A stretch of DNA of 64,000 nucleotides, taken from contig OY759729.1 in assembly GCA_963662585.1 (NCBI GenBank), positions 3,040,001 through 3,104,000 on the forward strand, given 5' to 3'. The notes under the pieces were generated by a model. It ran no database searches, was not told where the DNA came from, and saw only the letters and a list, made by a program, of their open reading frames with translations. The position numbers and the translations under genes were made by a program. Below are positions 10,901 through 20,361 of the stretch, one piece after another; the stretch's first letter is position 1, and each line of letters opens with the position of its first letter. Origin of the DNA: Candidatus Cloacimonadales bacterium (GTDB taxonomy: Bacteria > Cloacimonadota > Cloacimonadia > Cloacimonadales > JAFGVF01).

Positions 10901-11188
10901 TACTTGCAACTGAAATTGACCATTACCTGTTGTGTTTGGATCATCAGTAGTTTCTTCTTGAAAACCAACCAAGATTATCAAAAGTTTGTCATAGTTCTTA
11001 TTCTCTAGACGAGAAGAATTACGCTTTTGAGAATTCTTTTTTACTGAGCTTAAATATTGTTCAGCAGGATGTTGCTTTTTCTTTTGGAAGCTATTTTCTT
11101 TATAGTTGAGAAGTATTTTGTCAGAAAAGGCATACTGGGGTATAAGCCCCAGTAAAACCATAAAGGTTAATAGTTTAACTCTATTCAT
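7964..11188 (-). CDS. M6 (immune inhibitor A-like) metalloprotease with T9SS-type CTD
   Basis: IIHAG, HEFGHSLGLVDLY zinc motif, FDIMDSG Met-turn, YILIENR; CTD VFPNP...YDIAGK...SGIY...KFSVIK. Confidence 0.85.
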   Translation of the reverse strand: MNRVKLLTFMVLLGLIPQYAFSDKILLNYKENSFQKKKQHPAEQYLSSVKKNSQKRNSSRLENKNYDKLLIILVGFQEETTDDPNTTGNGQFQLQVPDNYPIQLAKPPHNQEYFDKMAEAMKYYYGAASLGGYSLDWDIYPQDKPCYTLSQPMAYYNPPGATSEEFVAKMEEYFKESFETADSESPEIVFSDYAHYMIIHAGSDWQHDVMADTPSDIPSFFIRVGTGKEAIVDNGNHTIDYACNVPETITQDIREYNFDGDIQVSGYGALNGVMFHEFGHSLGLVDLYAVNSYYPMVGSFDIMDSGGGTEVGMPGPEPNKTYSIEGLIPALPGAYSRVLMFEDSFRQRGILKDIENLETLKDINISCAEKRFNNRTDPYIYKLNISQDEYILIENRNVDPDGDGGTAVFSALDNRIALYPTAYADDLNNPTQEYDYLLPSFISPYGEAIGGGLLVWKVNNDVLYNQGSYDSNGDFVSNFDSNFINTNVDNRGVEIIEADAIPDIGNVYAYWWKGTAFEYYFRNMPIFEEVNGNEFFGGWSETIHNTELNGASSPALMTSSGVAYSSGIYDISQAGEVMRFSYGSPILTNTSSIISEREILTVSPIFKGTTKLADLALIHSNNIESYYFNDNDDTFDHLDTIQYDTAFEQDNIEYPVQRVDFDNDTNEELIFFTESEMVVLRNNSSYTFNLNEVITSEPHYFEGKYYIPLTEKVLEVTYNTNNNTIDITELDYTISNIIASENRLYFFSTDHLIDLRRNSTIELPGRILNKPVVLSYQEAGSETKEDFVIFLSEFNKLYSYSQNELKEIYDYSNLTQFQTAQNTNLALDSDNQGPFVIFATGNKVYANYLDGSFPLHFPRTFHNYEFSPGKDLMIFNNDYLNSEDSDFYGKTIYLPVEDNNFIAWDTRRNLIEPSLNIVDQSKKRFFSYTPLSEADSLSYFYQLNCYDNSLVVQWKDKKVAKSPILWEPVNGNLNRNLTYLAQANNTNENHKLSAYVFPNPIASNQATVRIFNVDRLAKLKIYDIAGKLLKESVIETNNLDHVDTVLDFSRFTSGIYIGIVEEKSTYKFKFSVIK

Positions 11189-11213
11189 ATTAATCTATTT
11201 ATTTTTTATCTAA

Positions 11214-12266
11214 TTAAAATTCTAAGCTAAGTGAGAATAACTTATTATAATCGGTTAATTCTCCACCTTGTTGCATAGCGAAATCAGCAGATAATTTATA
11301 AGTATCATTGAATGTGTAATTGATACCTACACCAAATGAAGGACCTACAATTTCACCAGCTGAATCATTTACATATCCACCTCTTAAAGAGAGAAGTTTC
11401 ATATAAGTATATTCAATACCTGTATTATAGATATAGTCATTATCACTCCAGTCTGAAACTAGTCGTGTGATAAGATTATCTTCATTTGCAAGAAGCTTGT
11501 TAACATCTGCATTAATTGTTACATCAGTAAGTTCATCAGACCAGGCTTTATAAGAGATACCGGTTCTGAAATTTAGTGATAGAGGGTCTTTTTGAGAATT
11601 ATCAACATAAGTAACATCAGGACCGAAGTTCTGTAATGTTAAACCCCAAGCTAATTCACCAATGTAAGGATTATCTATATTCGCATAAGTTAAGATATCT
11701 TTAGCTTTAACACCGAAGTCAAAAGCAAAGGTCATACCAACACCTTTAGTATCAGTATCTCCAGTAGCAGGACCTAAATCAGAACGGATAAATTTAAAGT
11801 TAGTACCAAGACCCCAATTTTCGCTTACTTGATATCCGTAAGAGAGGGCAATAGCTATATCATAACTTGTAAAAGTACCTTGAGAGACTTGTTGGTCATC
11901 AATTTGTTCTTGAGAACCCATGTTCATAAACTGGATAAAAGCACCAATATTTCCGATTTCAGGATAGTATTGGTTCCAGCTTAAATATTCGTAATAGAGG
12001 TCACTTAAGCCTGAACCTTCTAACCAATTAGTGTGCATACCTGCAATTTGTGTTTTTCTATTAAAAGCCATAGCACCTGGATTCCAGTAGGGTGCATAAG
12101 CATCATCAGCTTGAGCTACAAAAGCTTCACCCATTCCACTTGCTCTAGAACCTGGAGCTATAAGCAAAAATATTAAAGCTCCTTCTGAAACAGCGGTAAG
12201 TGCTGTAGGAATTGCCATACAAATTATCATTACTGCCACTACCATCATATTTTTCATTTTAAACAT
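11214..12266 (-). CDS. porV: PorV/PorQ-family outer-membrane beta-barrel
   Basis: FLLIAPGSRASGMGEAFVAQADDAYAPYWNPG N-terminal signature; C-terminal LSLEF. Confidence 0.8.
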   Translation of the reverse strand: MFKMKNMMVVAVMIICMAIPTALTAVSEGALIFLLIAPGSRASGMGEAFVAQADDAYAPYWNPGAMAFNRKTQIAGMHTNWLEGSGLSDLYYEYLSWNQYYPEIGNIGAFIQFMNMGSQEQIDDQQVSQGTFTSYDIAIALSYGYQVSENWGLGTNFKFIRSDLGPATGDTDTKGVGMTFAFDFGVKAKDILTYANIDNPYIGELAWGLTLQNFGPDVTYVDNSQKDPLSLNFRTGISYKAWSDELTDVTINADVNKLLANEDNLITRLVSDWSDNDYIYNTGIEYTYMKLLSLRGGYVNDSAGEIVGPSFGVGINYTFNDTYKLSADFAMQQGGELTDYNKLFSLSLEF

Positions 12267-12422
12267 TTATCCTCCAATGAATAATTTCGTTATTTTTTTA
12301 TAAATACTAAGGACACAGGTCATTGTTGTTGTCAGTAACAACAATATAAGTGCAAAATAAAAATAGTCAAGATAATTAGCAATATTTTTTGTATTACTCT
12401 CCTAAAAAAGTTAATTAAGTTA

Positions 12423-12509
12423 TGGTGCCGAAGGCCGGACTCGAACCGGCACGAGCGTTCACTCGGAGGATTTTGAATCCACTGCGTCTACCAATTTCAC
12501 CACTCCGGC
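12423..12509 (-). tRNA. tRNA-Leu(CAA)
   Basis: Reverse complement GCCGGAGTGGTGAAATTGGTAGACGC..TT CAA AA..long variable arm..GGTTCGAGTCC..GGCACCA. Confidence 0.95.
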
Positions 12510-12606
12510 ACTAATTCTTATTTATATTTACTATTATTTATGTCAAGTAAAAATCATTAATTAATCTTAAAACTAGCAAATTACTTATAATTATTGTTTA
12601 CTATAT

Positions 12607-15600
12607 CTATATTTTACTGTTAGTTATGATTTCTAAATATTTTATTAATATTTCTATTGCTACTGATATTAATGAGCTATGTTTTTCATTTCTTAGGTCT
12701 ATAATAATGAAAAATGGGTTAGTATCTTCAATTCTTATAGGCTGAGAAAGCTCTTTTATCAACTGCATTACTTTCTTTTTATTAGGTTGGATTTCTCTAG
12801 GATATTCCATTACTAATTTCTTGTTTTTGATTTGACAGGAGCTAAGTCCAATTTTTTCGGCAATATATCTCATTTCGAAGTACTGAATAGCTTGAAGAGC
12901 TTCTTGAGGCATTTTTCCAAATCTATCAACTAATTCATCTTTTAAATCTTCATAACCCTCAACACTATTAAGTTCTTTCATTCTTCGATAGAGAATAATT
13001 CTTTCCTTCTCATCAGCAATATAAGTTTCAGGGAAATAGAAATCAACTCTAATCTTAAGAGCTTCTAAGTTCTCTCTCTTTTCATTTTCTTCAAAGAGTT
13101 TATTGCTGTTTTTATCAATATTGTTCATGGCTTCCCGTAACAATCTATTGTAATAGTTAAAACCAACAGATTTAATAGTCCCTGATTGTTTTGTTCCTAA
13201 GAGCGAGCCAGCTCCTCTAATTTCTAAATCTCTGAGGGCAATTTGATAGCCTGCTCCAAGATAATCATACTCAGTGAGGGCATTTAATCTTTCTCTAGAT
13301 TCAAAAGAGATTGTTTCTGGAATTAAGAAGTAAGCGTATGCTCGACGACTACCTCTCCCAACTCTTCCTCGAATCTGATACAACTGAGCTAAACCAAAAT
13401 TATCAGCACGATTTACTATCATAGTATTCGCATTAGGAATATCAATACCGTTTTCAATGATAGTAGTAGATATTAAGACATCAAACTTATTATGATAAAA
13501 ATCTATTATAAGAGTTTCTAGTTCTTTTCCTGACATCTGACCATGTCCGATTCTAAATCTTACATTAGGAAGTAAAGCTTCAAGGCGAGAAGCTACTGTC
13601 TTGATAGTTGTTACTCTATTATGGAGGAAGAAACATTGGCCTCCTCGATCTACTTCTCTTTGAATTGCATCTTTTATTACTTCTTCATCATAAGCTGAGA
13701 TAATTGTTCTAACTGGAAGTCTATCTTTAGGAGATGTCTTGATTAAAGAGATATCTTTCAATTTTGATAAGGCCATACTTAAAGTACGAGGAATTGGGGT
13801 CGCTGACATATAGAGGGTATCAACATTAGCTTTTATTTGCCTAATTTTCTCTTTTTGTCTTACTCCGAATCTGTGTTCCTCATCAACTACCAATAATCCT
13901 AATCTATCAAAAGTAACATCTTTAGAAAGTAGTCTGTGCGTACCAATTGCTATATCAACTGACCCTTCTGAAATATCTATTATATCCTGTTTTAATCTTC
14001 TAGGAGTTCTAAATCGAGATAACATAGCTATTTTTACAGGGTATTGAGCTAATCTTTCTCTGAATACCATATAATGTTGCTCAGCTAGCAAGGTAGTAGG
14101 GACTAATACAGCAACTTGATAGCCACTCATTACGGCTTTAAAAGCTGCTCTAATTGCTACTTCTGTTTTTCCAAAACCCACATCGCCACACAGTAATCTC
14201 TCCATACTAATAGGGGATTCCATATCTGCTTTTATTTCAGCAGTTGTAGTTAATTGATCATCAGTCTCATCGTAGAGAAAGGAATTCTCCATCTCTACTT
14301 GCCAAGGAGTATCTGGCTCATGGGCAACACCTACGCGCATTTTCCTTTCTGCATAGAGATTAACAATATCTTGAGCTATTAACTCAATGGCAGACTTAGC
14401 CTTTTTCTTTTGATTACCCCATTGCTTAGAACCTATTTTGTGGACTTTTGGTTCAGAACCTTCATCAGCTATATATTTACTTACCAATTGAATTTGGAAA
14501 GTTGGAACATAAATCTTATCACCATCTGCATAATTTATAACTAGACACTCAATCTGATTACCGTCTATCTGCATCTTCTGCAAACCTTCAAAAAGTCCTA
14601 TGCCATGGTCAATATGAACAACAAAATCTCCAGTACTAAGAGATTCGTAATCTACTAAAGATTCCTTTTTAGAAAAACGAGATTTGTATTTTTTATTCTC
14701 ATATCTGTTATAGATATCATGATCTGTATAGACAACCAAGTTTGCTTCAGGTAAGACAAATCCTCTACTGAGAACTCCGATAGTAAAATCAATCTTGCTC
14801 CCCATATCACTCAATAATTCTTTCATTCTGTTACTCTGACTTTGGTTATCAGATTGAATAATTACTCGATATCCTTTACCTATATATTCTTGCAAATTTT
14901 CTTCAAATTTGGCAAAGTCAGCATTGAATTTATCAATATTTTGATAATTTAAAGAACTGCTTATCTCGGCCTCAGAAATGACTTGTTGGCTATTTTGTAA
15001 AAAGATTGATTTATGGTCTTTAAGTTTTTTACTTATGTACTCATAATCTTGAAAGAGAAGAGTGGGGGATGCTAATATTTCACTAGGATGCTTACTGATT
15101 TTCCTTTGATAAAGCTGGTTAGCTTCATTGAAAATCTCAATTGTATCACCTTTTACATATTGGAATTCATCCCAAAAAATTAAGAGATTATCACCAAAAT
15201 AATCTAAGAGTGTCTGGGTTTTATCATAAAGAAGAGATACATCTTGCTCAATTCCCTGATAAAAACCTTCATCTGCAATCTTATTGAGTAGGGAAGAATC
15301 TGCTTTGACATCATGAAGAGATATTTCGCGTACAGGTAGAATTAAAGCACTATTTATCTTGAGCTTTTCCGATTTTTGGCTTTGTGGAGAGAAGAATCTT
15401 AGCGTTTCAATCTCATCACCAAAAAACTCTATTCTTAATGGTAAAGAGTGATTAGGGGAATAAACATCAATTATCCCACCTCTTTTGGAAGCTTGACCTA
15501 CTTTACCAACCTGAAATTCAATATTATAGCCTAAACCTGAAAGCTCTGATATTAACACTTCAGGGTCATATTGCTCTCCAACTTTTAATTTCTTGATATT

Positions 15601-16017
15601 TTTAAAAAGTAGGGTAGAGGGAATGAGATTTCTTAATAAAGTTCGCTGAGAACAGACATATACATTTGCTTGTTGAGAAGATAGTATCTGAGATAAAGCT
15701 CTGATGCGAAGAGCCCTGATATTAGTGTGAGGTGATCTATCCTCGTAAGGCAATACTTCATAATCAGGAATGAAATGCACTTCTTCCATAGATAACAATA
15801 CTTCTAAGTTATTCTGAAAATCCTCCGCTAAACGGTCATCAGAAACAACAACTAAAGTATTTTTATTCTCATTTCGAAAAGTATTTGCTACTAACAAAGA
15901 CTTCAAAGATAAATTAAGATTTGCTATTTGCAGTCTTTTATTTCCTTTAATTGCCTGATTAATCTCTTTAATTACAGTAGTTGCTTCTAAATAGGGCTTA
16001 ATCTTTTTGTAAAACAT
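12607..16017 (-). CDS. mfd: Transcription-repair coupling factor
   Basis: GDFVVHIDHGIG (RID), GDVGFGKTEVA, DEEHRFGV, QIRGRVGR, TRCF domain. ATG at 16017 follows GGAGAAGAG; the ORF-track TTG at 16074 coincides with a TTGACA box. Confidence 0.97.
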   Translation of the reverse strand: MFYKKIKPYLEATTVIKEINQAIKGNKRLQIANLNLSLKSLLVANTFRNENKNTLVVVSDDRLAEDFQNNLEVLLSMEEVHFIPDYEVLPYEDRSPHTNIRALRIRALSQILSSQQANVYVCSQRTLLRNLIPSTLLFKNIKKLKVGEQYDPEVLISELSGLGYNIEFQVGKVGQASKRGGIIDVYSPNHSLPLRIEFFGDEIETLRFFSPQSQKSEKLKINSALILPVREISLHDVKADSSLLNKIADEGFYQGIEQDVSLLYDKTQTLLDYFGDNLLIFWDEFQYVKGDTIEIFNEANQLYQRKISKHPSEILASPTLLFQDYEYISKKLKDHKSIFLQNSQQVISEAEISSSLNYQNIDKFNADFAKFEENLQEYIGKGYRVIIQSDNQSQSNRMKELLSDMGSKIDFTIGVLSRGFVLPEANLVVYTDHDIYNRYENKKYKSRFSKKESLVDYESLSTGDFVVHIDHGIGLFEGLQKMQIDGNQIECLVINYADGDKIYVPTFQIQLVSKYIADEGSEPKVHKIGSKQWGNQKKKAKSAIELIAQDIVNLYAERKMRVGVAHEPDTPWQVEMENSFLYDETDDQLTTTAEIKADMESPISMERLLCGDVGFGKTEVAIRAAFKAVMSGYQVAVLVPTTLLAEQHYMVFRERLAQYPVKIAMLSRFRTPRRLKQDIIDISEGSVDIAIGTHRLLSKDVTFDRLGLLVVDEEHRFGVRQKEKIRQIKANVDTLYMSATPIPRTLSMALSKLKDISLIKTSPKDRLPVRTIISAYDEEVIKDAIQREVDRGGQCFFLHNRVTTIKTVASRLEALLPNVRFRIGHGQMSGKELETLIIDFYHNKFDVLISTTIIENGIDIPNANTMIVNRADNFGLAQLYQIRGRVGRGSRRAYAYFLIPETISFESRERLNALTEYDYLGAGYQIALRDLEIRGAGSLLGTKQSGTIKSVGFNYYNRLLREAMNNIDKNSNKLFEENEKRENLEALKIRVDFYFPETYIADEKERIILYRRMKELNSVEGYEDLKDELVDRFGKMPQEALQAIQYFEMRYIAEKIGLSSCQIKNKKLVMEYPREIQPNKKKVMQLIKELSQPIRIEDTNPFFIIIDLRNEKHSSLISVAIEILIKYLEIITNSKI

Positions 16018-16333
16018 CTCTTCTCCATGTTTTTTTGATTTAAGTAATAAATAAATTAATGAGAATGTTGTCAAGAACTAGCTTTTCTCTTCATATATCT
16101 CCTAGGTTAAGCCTATTAATGCAGGAAGCTAACTTTAAGTGATATTCCCGTTCGTAACTCATTACTAGCTCCTCGTCACTTGCTCCTTCACACTCAACTT
16201 AAAGATTATTTGGTTTTTTTTTTGAGTTAACATTGATTGAGGAGGGGAGGAGGAAAAGAAGTGAAGAAAAAAAGTAGTAAAAATAACTCTAGTGTGTACC
16301 TTTTTTATATACTCTAAATGCTTTATATTATTA

Positions 16334-16363
16334 TTATAGCCCTACATTCCTGCAGGGCTATAA
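16334..16363 (-). terminator. Putative intrinsic terminator
   Basis: TTATAGCCCT-N10-AGGGCTATAA hairpin just after the stop of 16395..17627. Confidence 0.55.
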
Positions 16364-16394
16364 TCTATGTTATAAGTTTATTATCTTTTAAAGG

Positions 16395-17627
16395 TTATTT
16401 TGATAAAACAGCTTTAGAAGTCTGTGTAAAGTTATCTGAAGTTATTCTGAATAAATATGTACCTGATGTACATTTTTGATTATTATCTGTTTTTCCATTC
16501 CATGTCACAGTATGATACTGATTTCCGGCTTTTGTTCCTAAGTTAGAAGTATGAACTTTTTGACCGCGTAAATTGTATATCTCGAATTTAACTTCAGAAT
16601 CATTATTAAGGAAAAATCTTACTGTTGTATCAGGATTAAAAGGATTTGGATAAATTGATTTAATACCAGCAGTATTTTGATAATCAATATCTTCAACATC
16701 TTCACCTATTGCCTGAATAGTCACAATAACAGGTCCATGTATTTGGCTAACATTACTTAATTCTCTACTCTCTAACCAATAGTAATAAGTGGTGTTTGCT
16801 TCTACTCTTTCATCAATGTAAGAGTAAGTGTGATACTCTGAGCTATTAGTTGGGTTGATAGGATTTATGTTAATCTTAACACTTGATTCAAAGTTATCAG
16901 AATCATTTCTGAAGATATTATAACCTAAGAGTTCTGATTCAGTATGAGTTGCCCAATTGATTTGAGCAAAATTTTCCGAAGTTGTAATTGCTGAGAAAGA
17001 AGCCAATTCAACTGGGAGAGTTATTGGATCATAAGTGTAAGTAATTGTTGCTGTTGCTAAAGCTTCAGATTCTAATATGATATCCATATTACTACCACCA
17101 AATACTGAATAATAACTTGAAGTAGTAACACTCATATCCATATTGCTATTTCCAATGAAAGCTGCAAGATTGTTAGTAAACTCATAAACAGAATTGTCAC
17201 TATCATTTAGATCTAAGAAAGTTCTTCCTGAAGGTCCTGCATAATCAACAGTTTCATCGTATATAGCATAATCGAAAAAAATGTCATTAGTTTTAGTAGC
17301 AAAATTTACATCAGAAATAGAATTAGGTAAATTAAACCATAATATTTCACTATTCCCTCTTACTTTGATATTTACAGGAACTTCATTTGTACTTTCAACA
17401 TAGATATCTTGACTTATATCAAATTGAATTGAAAATTCGACTTTAGTTAATGTTCCTAGACTTGAATCAAACTGAGGTAAAGAAACAGTAGCTTCTGATG
17501 CTCCAGCCCAATCCAATGTCTCATAAACAGGGGTTAAACCACTTTGATATCTGGTAAAAGAAACTGTGTCCGCAAAACTACATACAAAAACTAACACTAA
17601 TACAAATACTAATACAACTTTTTTCAT
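16395..17627 (-). CDS. Choice-of-anchor E-like domain protein with FlgD/T9SS CTD
   Basis: SLPQFDSSLGTLTKV N-domain; TLPVELASF linker domain; YPNPFNPDT CTD. Confidence 0.75.
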   Translation of the reverse strand: MKKVVLVFVLVLVFVCSFADTVSFTRYQSGLTPVYETLDWAGASEATVSLPQFDSSLGTLTKVEFSIQFDISQDIYVESTNEVPVNIKVRGNSEILWFNLPNSISDVNFATKTNDIFFDYAIYDETVDYAGPSGRTFLDLNDSDNSVYEFTNNLAAFIGNSNMDMSVTTSSYYSVFGGSNMDIILESEALATATITYTYDPITLPVELASFSAITTSENFAQINWATHTESELLGYNIFRNDSDNFESSVKININPINPTNSSEYHTYSYIDERVEANTTYYYWLESRELSNVSQIHGPVIVTIQAIGEDVEDIDYQNTAGIKSIYPNPFNPDTTVRFFLNNDSEVKFEIYNLRGQKVHTSNLGTKAGNQYHTVTWNGKTDNNQKCTSGTYLFRITSDNFTQTSKAVLSK

Positions 17628-17660
17628 CTTAATCTCCTAATCTTTATTAATTTTTATCTA

Positions 17661-18053
17661 TTAATACAAAGAATGCTTGTACTCAATATGTTTAAAACTT
17701 GTTATTGAGGTGTGATTTAGTCCTAAAAATGGGTTACCTACGAAATTCATTAAACAAAAAAAGGACATCATTTTAATGATCTCCTTGGGTGAAAAGCTAT
17801 GCTTATCTCCAACATAGAATATAAAAAATTTTAGTACTTCAAGGGAGGTACTCAAATTGGAAATATTAATATTTAGACTTACCCATTTTACTAAGTTACC
17901 TTCTATATGGTTCAAAGCTTTTTCAGTTATGTAATTAATATAACTATTAAGCCTAGAGTATATATGTTTAGCTACTAAAAAAGAACTATTATGGTTAAAA
18001 ACAACCTCATTATTCTTTAATTTTAAAACACTAAGTGGGTAATTATATTCCAA
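17661..18053 (-). CDS. Hypothetical protein
   Basis: TTG start preceded by AGGAGA; no recognisable motif. Confidence 0.3.
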   Translation of the reverse strand: MEYNYPLSVLKLKNNEVVFNHNSSFLVAKHIYSRLNSYINYITEKALNHIEGNLVKWVSLNINISNLSTSLEVLKFFIFYVGDKHSFSPKEIIKMMSFFCLMNFVGNPFLGLNHTSITSFKHIEYKHSLY

Positions 18054-18480
18054 TATTTCTCCTAAGTAAAGTATTTATCTTACATTTTATGCAGATTAGT
18101 TAATAAAACAAATAATATTTTTATGAAATAATTTTATAACTGTAATATTATTTTTTATTGTAAAATATATTTATATTGCTGTAAAAAAGATATTTACATA
18201 TTGAGAAAGATATTTTAAAATGTTTACAAGTAACTTAAAGCCCACTAAAATGCTATTAATTTGAAATGAATGGTGTCAATGGTCAATAGTAACTCAAGAC
18301 TAATTGATATAAATAGCAATTTTCTCTATGTTAAATGCCTTGGATTACATTATAAATAATTTTTTTAGAAAATATTATTTGTTTTTGTGCCTTCGATGGA
18401 AAGCCTGGCGAAGTTTTATTAACTTGTGGTAGATTTTATGAACAAAAGGAAACCTCATAGAGAAAATTATTCTAAGAAGC

Positions 18481-18514
18481 AAAAAGATCCCTCCTGACTT
18501 AGGAGGGATCTTTT
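18481..18514 (-). terminator. Intrinsic terminator
   Basis: AAAAGATCCCTCCT-GACTT-AGGAGGGATCTTTT. Confidence 0.8.
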
Positions 18515-18537
18515 ACTTATACTATGTGAAAATACTT

Positions 18538-20049
18538 CTATTTCAACAAAATCATCTTCTTAGTAGAAGAGTATTTTCCACTTTTTAATTTGTATAGATA
18601 TATTCCTGAAGAGACAGGGTGATTATCATCATTAGTGCCTCTCCACACAACTGAATGATTTCCAGCATTTCTGGGACCGTTAACAAGAGTTTTTACCTTT
18701 TGACCAATTATGTTATAAATTTCAAGAGAAACATATTCTGTTTTGTCTAAATTAAATGAGATGGTTGTTTCTGGATTGAAAGGATTCGGGTAATTATCTT
18801 CTAGTCTGATGAAAGCAGGGATTTCATAATCATTACTAACTATTGAAGGCCAACTTACAACATTGGTTGACTCAGACAGACTACCATCGCTAAGTAAACC
18901 TTTTAACCAGAAAGAATAATTAGTGTGGAGTAAATTAGCTTCTTCGAAAAGAAAAGAATCTTCCCAACGATTTAGAATTACAGAGTCGATAATTGTTTCA
19001 TTGTTAAAATCATATTGCCAGTAAAAAATTTGATTTCTACATTCATCATTGGCTACAGCAAGATAACTAGGTGGGAACCACCAAAAAGTATTCTCATAAA
19101 AAGTTAGATTTTTGGGAAAATTATCTTGTTCTACAAATCGGTGGTAAGCAACTTCAATATTGGGAGTTAAATCTATTAGTTTACTGTTATCATATTCATT
19201 ATCATAATCTAAATCATACATGGTGGTTCTTGAACCAGATAATCTAAGTGATCTAAGTAGAGGGGCTTCATTGCCTGTAAACTCATACCAATATCTGTAA
19301 GGGGAGTCGTAACCTGAATCATACATCATATCGACAGCTGTACTTGTAAAGGTATTACCTTCAATATCAATCTCATGAGGACCAACAACATACATGCTAG
19401 AAATCGATAAATAAGGTTCATTCAAGTCATACCAAAATAGGATATTATGAGATAAGAAACTATCACCAGGCTGAGCATCATTATCTAAATAGAGATACTC
19501 TTCATCTAAGATAGTTGTTTCCCAACCGTTTGGTGTGTATTTTTGATAGCCAATTAACATAATATCATTCTCATCATTTTCATAGACTAATTGCTTTATA
19601 AAGATGCTTAAAACAAGATCATGAAAGATAGGGATTACATCATGCCCATTGATTTCCATAATATCATAAGTTATAAAGTGTTGAGGAGCATATCCTGCTT
19701 CTATATGAATATCAATAGTTTGGGAAGGGTTTTCATCAGTTAATGAGATAATCGTTAACTCGTCTGCTGGACCATAAAAAAAATGACCAACAGGTTGAGC
19801 AGAATATGGATTTGAAGAGTATCCATTAATGACATAATTGCCTGGAATTAAATGAAATGTTGAGGGTTGAGAAACTGTACCTGATATTTGAGTAAATTGA
19901 TAAGTATCTAAATTCCAAAGTCTTGCATAATAGCCATTGTTAATCTCTTCAACATCACTTGTTGCATTGATGATAATCTCATATCCTGCTAACAATTGAA
20001 AACTTAATATAAAAATTAAACAAATAAATAATCCTACAAAACGCTTCAT
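18538..20049 (-). CDS. Secreted protein with FlgD/T9SS CTD; paralog of the C-terminal half of 31444..34080
   Basis: AGGAGA RBS before MKRFVG; signal peptide; [17 protein letters not shown]. Confidence 0.8.
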   Translation of the reverse strand: MKRFVGLFICLIFILSFQLLAGYEIIINATSDVEEINNGYYARLWNLDTYQFTQISGTVSQPSTFHLIPGNYVINGYSSNPYSAQPVGHFFYGPADELTIISLTDENPSQTIDIHIEAGYAPQHFITYDIMEINGHDVIPIFHDLVLSIFIKQLVYENDENDIMLIGYQKYTPNGWETTILDEEYLYLDNDAQPGDSFLSHNILFWYDLNEPYLSISSMYVVGPHEIDIEGNTFTSTAVDMMYDSGYDSPYRYWYEFTGNEAPLLRSLRLSGSRTTMYDLDYDNEYDNSKLIDLTPNIEVAYHRFVEQDNFPKNLTFYENTFWWFPPSYLAVANDECRNQIFYWQYDFNNETIIDSVILNRWEDSFLFEEANLLHTNYSFWLKGLLSDGSLSESTNVVSWPSIVSNDYEIPAFIRLEDNYPNPFNPETTISFNLDKTEYVSLEIYNIIGQKVKTLVNGPRNAGNHSVVWRGTNDDNHPVSSGIYLYKLKSGKYSSTKKMILLK

Positions 20050-20197
20050 TATGCATCTCCTTTTTGATATTACATTTATTAAACAAATTATATAAAACAA
20101 AATTTAGTTGTCAAGTACAATAATTAATAGATTACTAGCTTTATTTAATCTTTATTTTGATCATTTAAAATATAAGCCATTTTTTTAAATAAAAATT

Positions 20198-20231
20198 GAG
20201 TAGGGATGGTGCTAACGCACCATCCCTACTC
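20198..20231. repeat. GTAG-type REP palindrome / terminator
   Basis: Perfect 15-bp stem GAGTAGGGATGGTGC-TAAC-GCACCATCCCTACTC. Confidence 0.75.
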
Positions 20232-20249
20232 GAGTATTTTTATTTAGGG

Positions 20250-20358
20250 AGATGCCTGCAAGGATGCAAACTTTCCCAGTTAAGATGCCTTCAGGATGAA
20301 GGCGTTCCCAGTTGAGATGCCTGCAAGGATGCAAGCGCTCCCAGTGGGAACTCCCAGT
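20250..20358. repeat. Tandem array of three 32-33-bp REP-like units
   Basis: AGATGCCT..AGGATG...TCCCAGT at 20250, 20283 and 20315. Confidence 0.85.
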
Positions 20359-20361
20359 TTT

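Noticed and set aside
12423..12509. tRNA-Leu as an integration site
   Set aside because: No duplicated 3' end seen and the flanking genes are core-like
20250..20358. Possible mini-CRISPR
   Set aside because: No spacers; contiguous REP-like units
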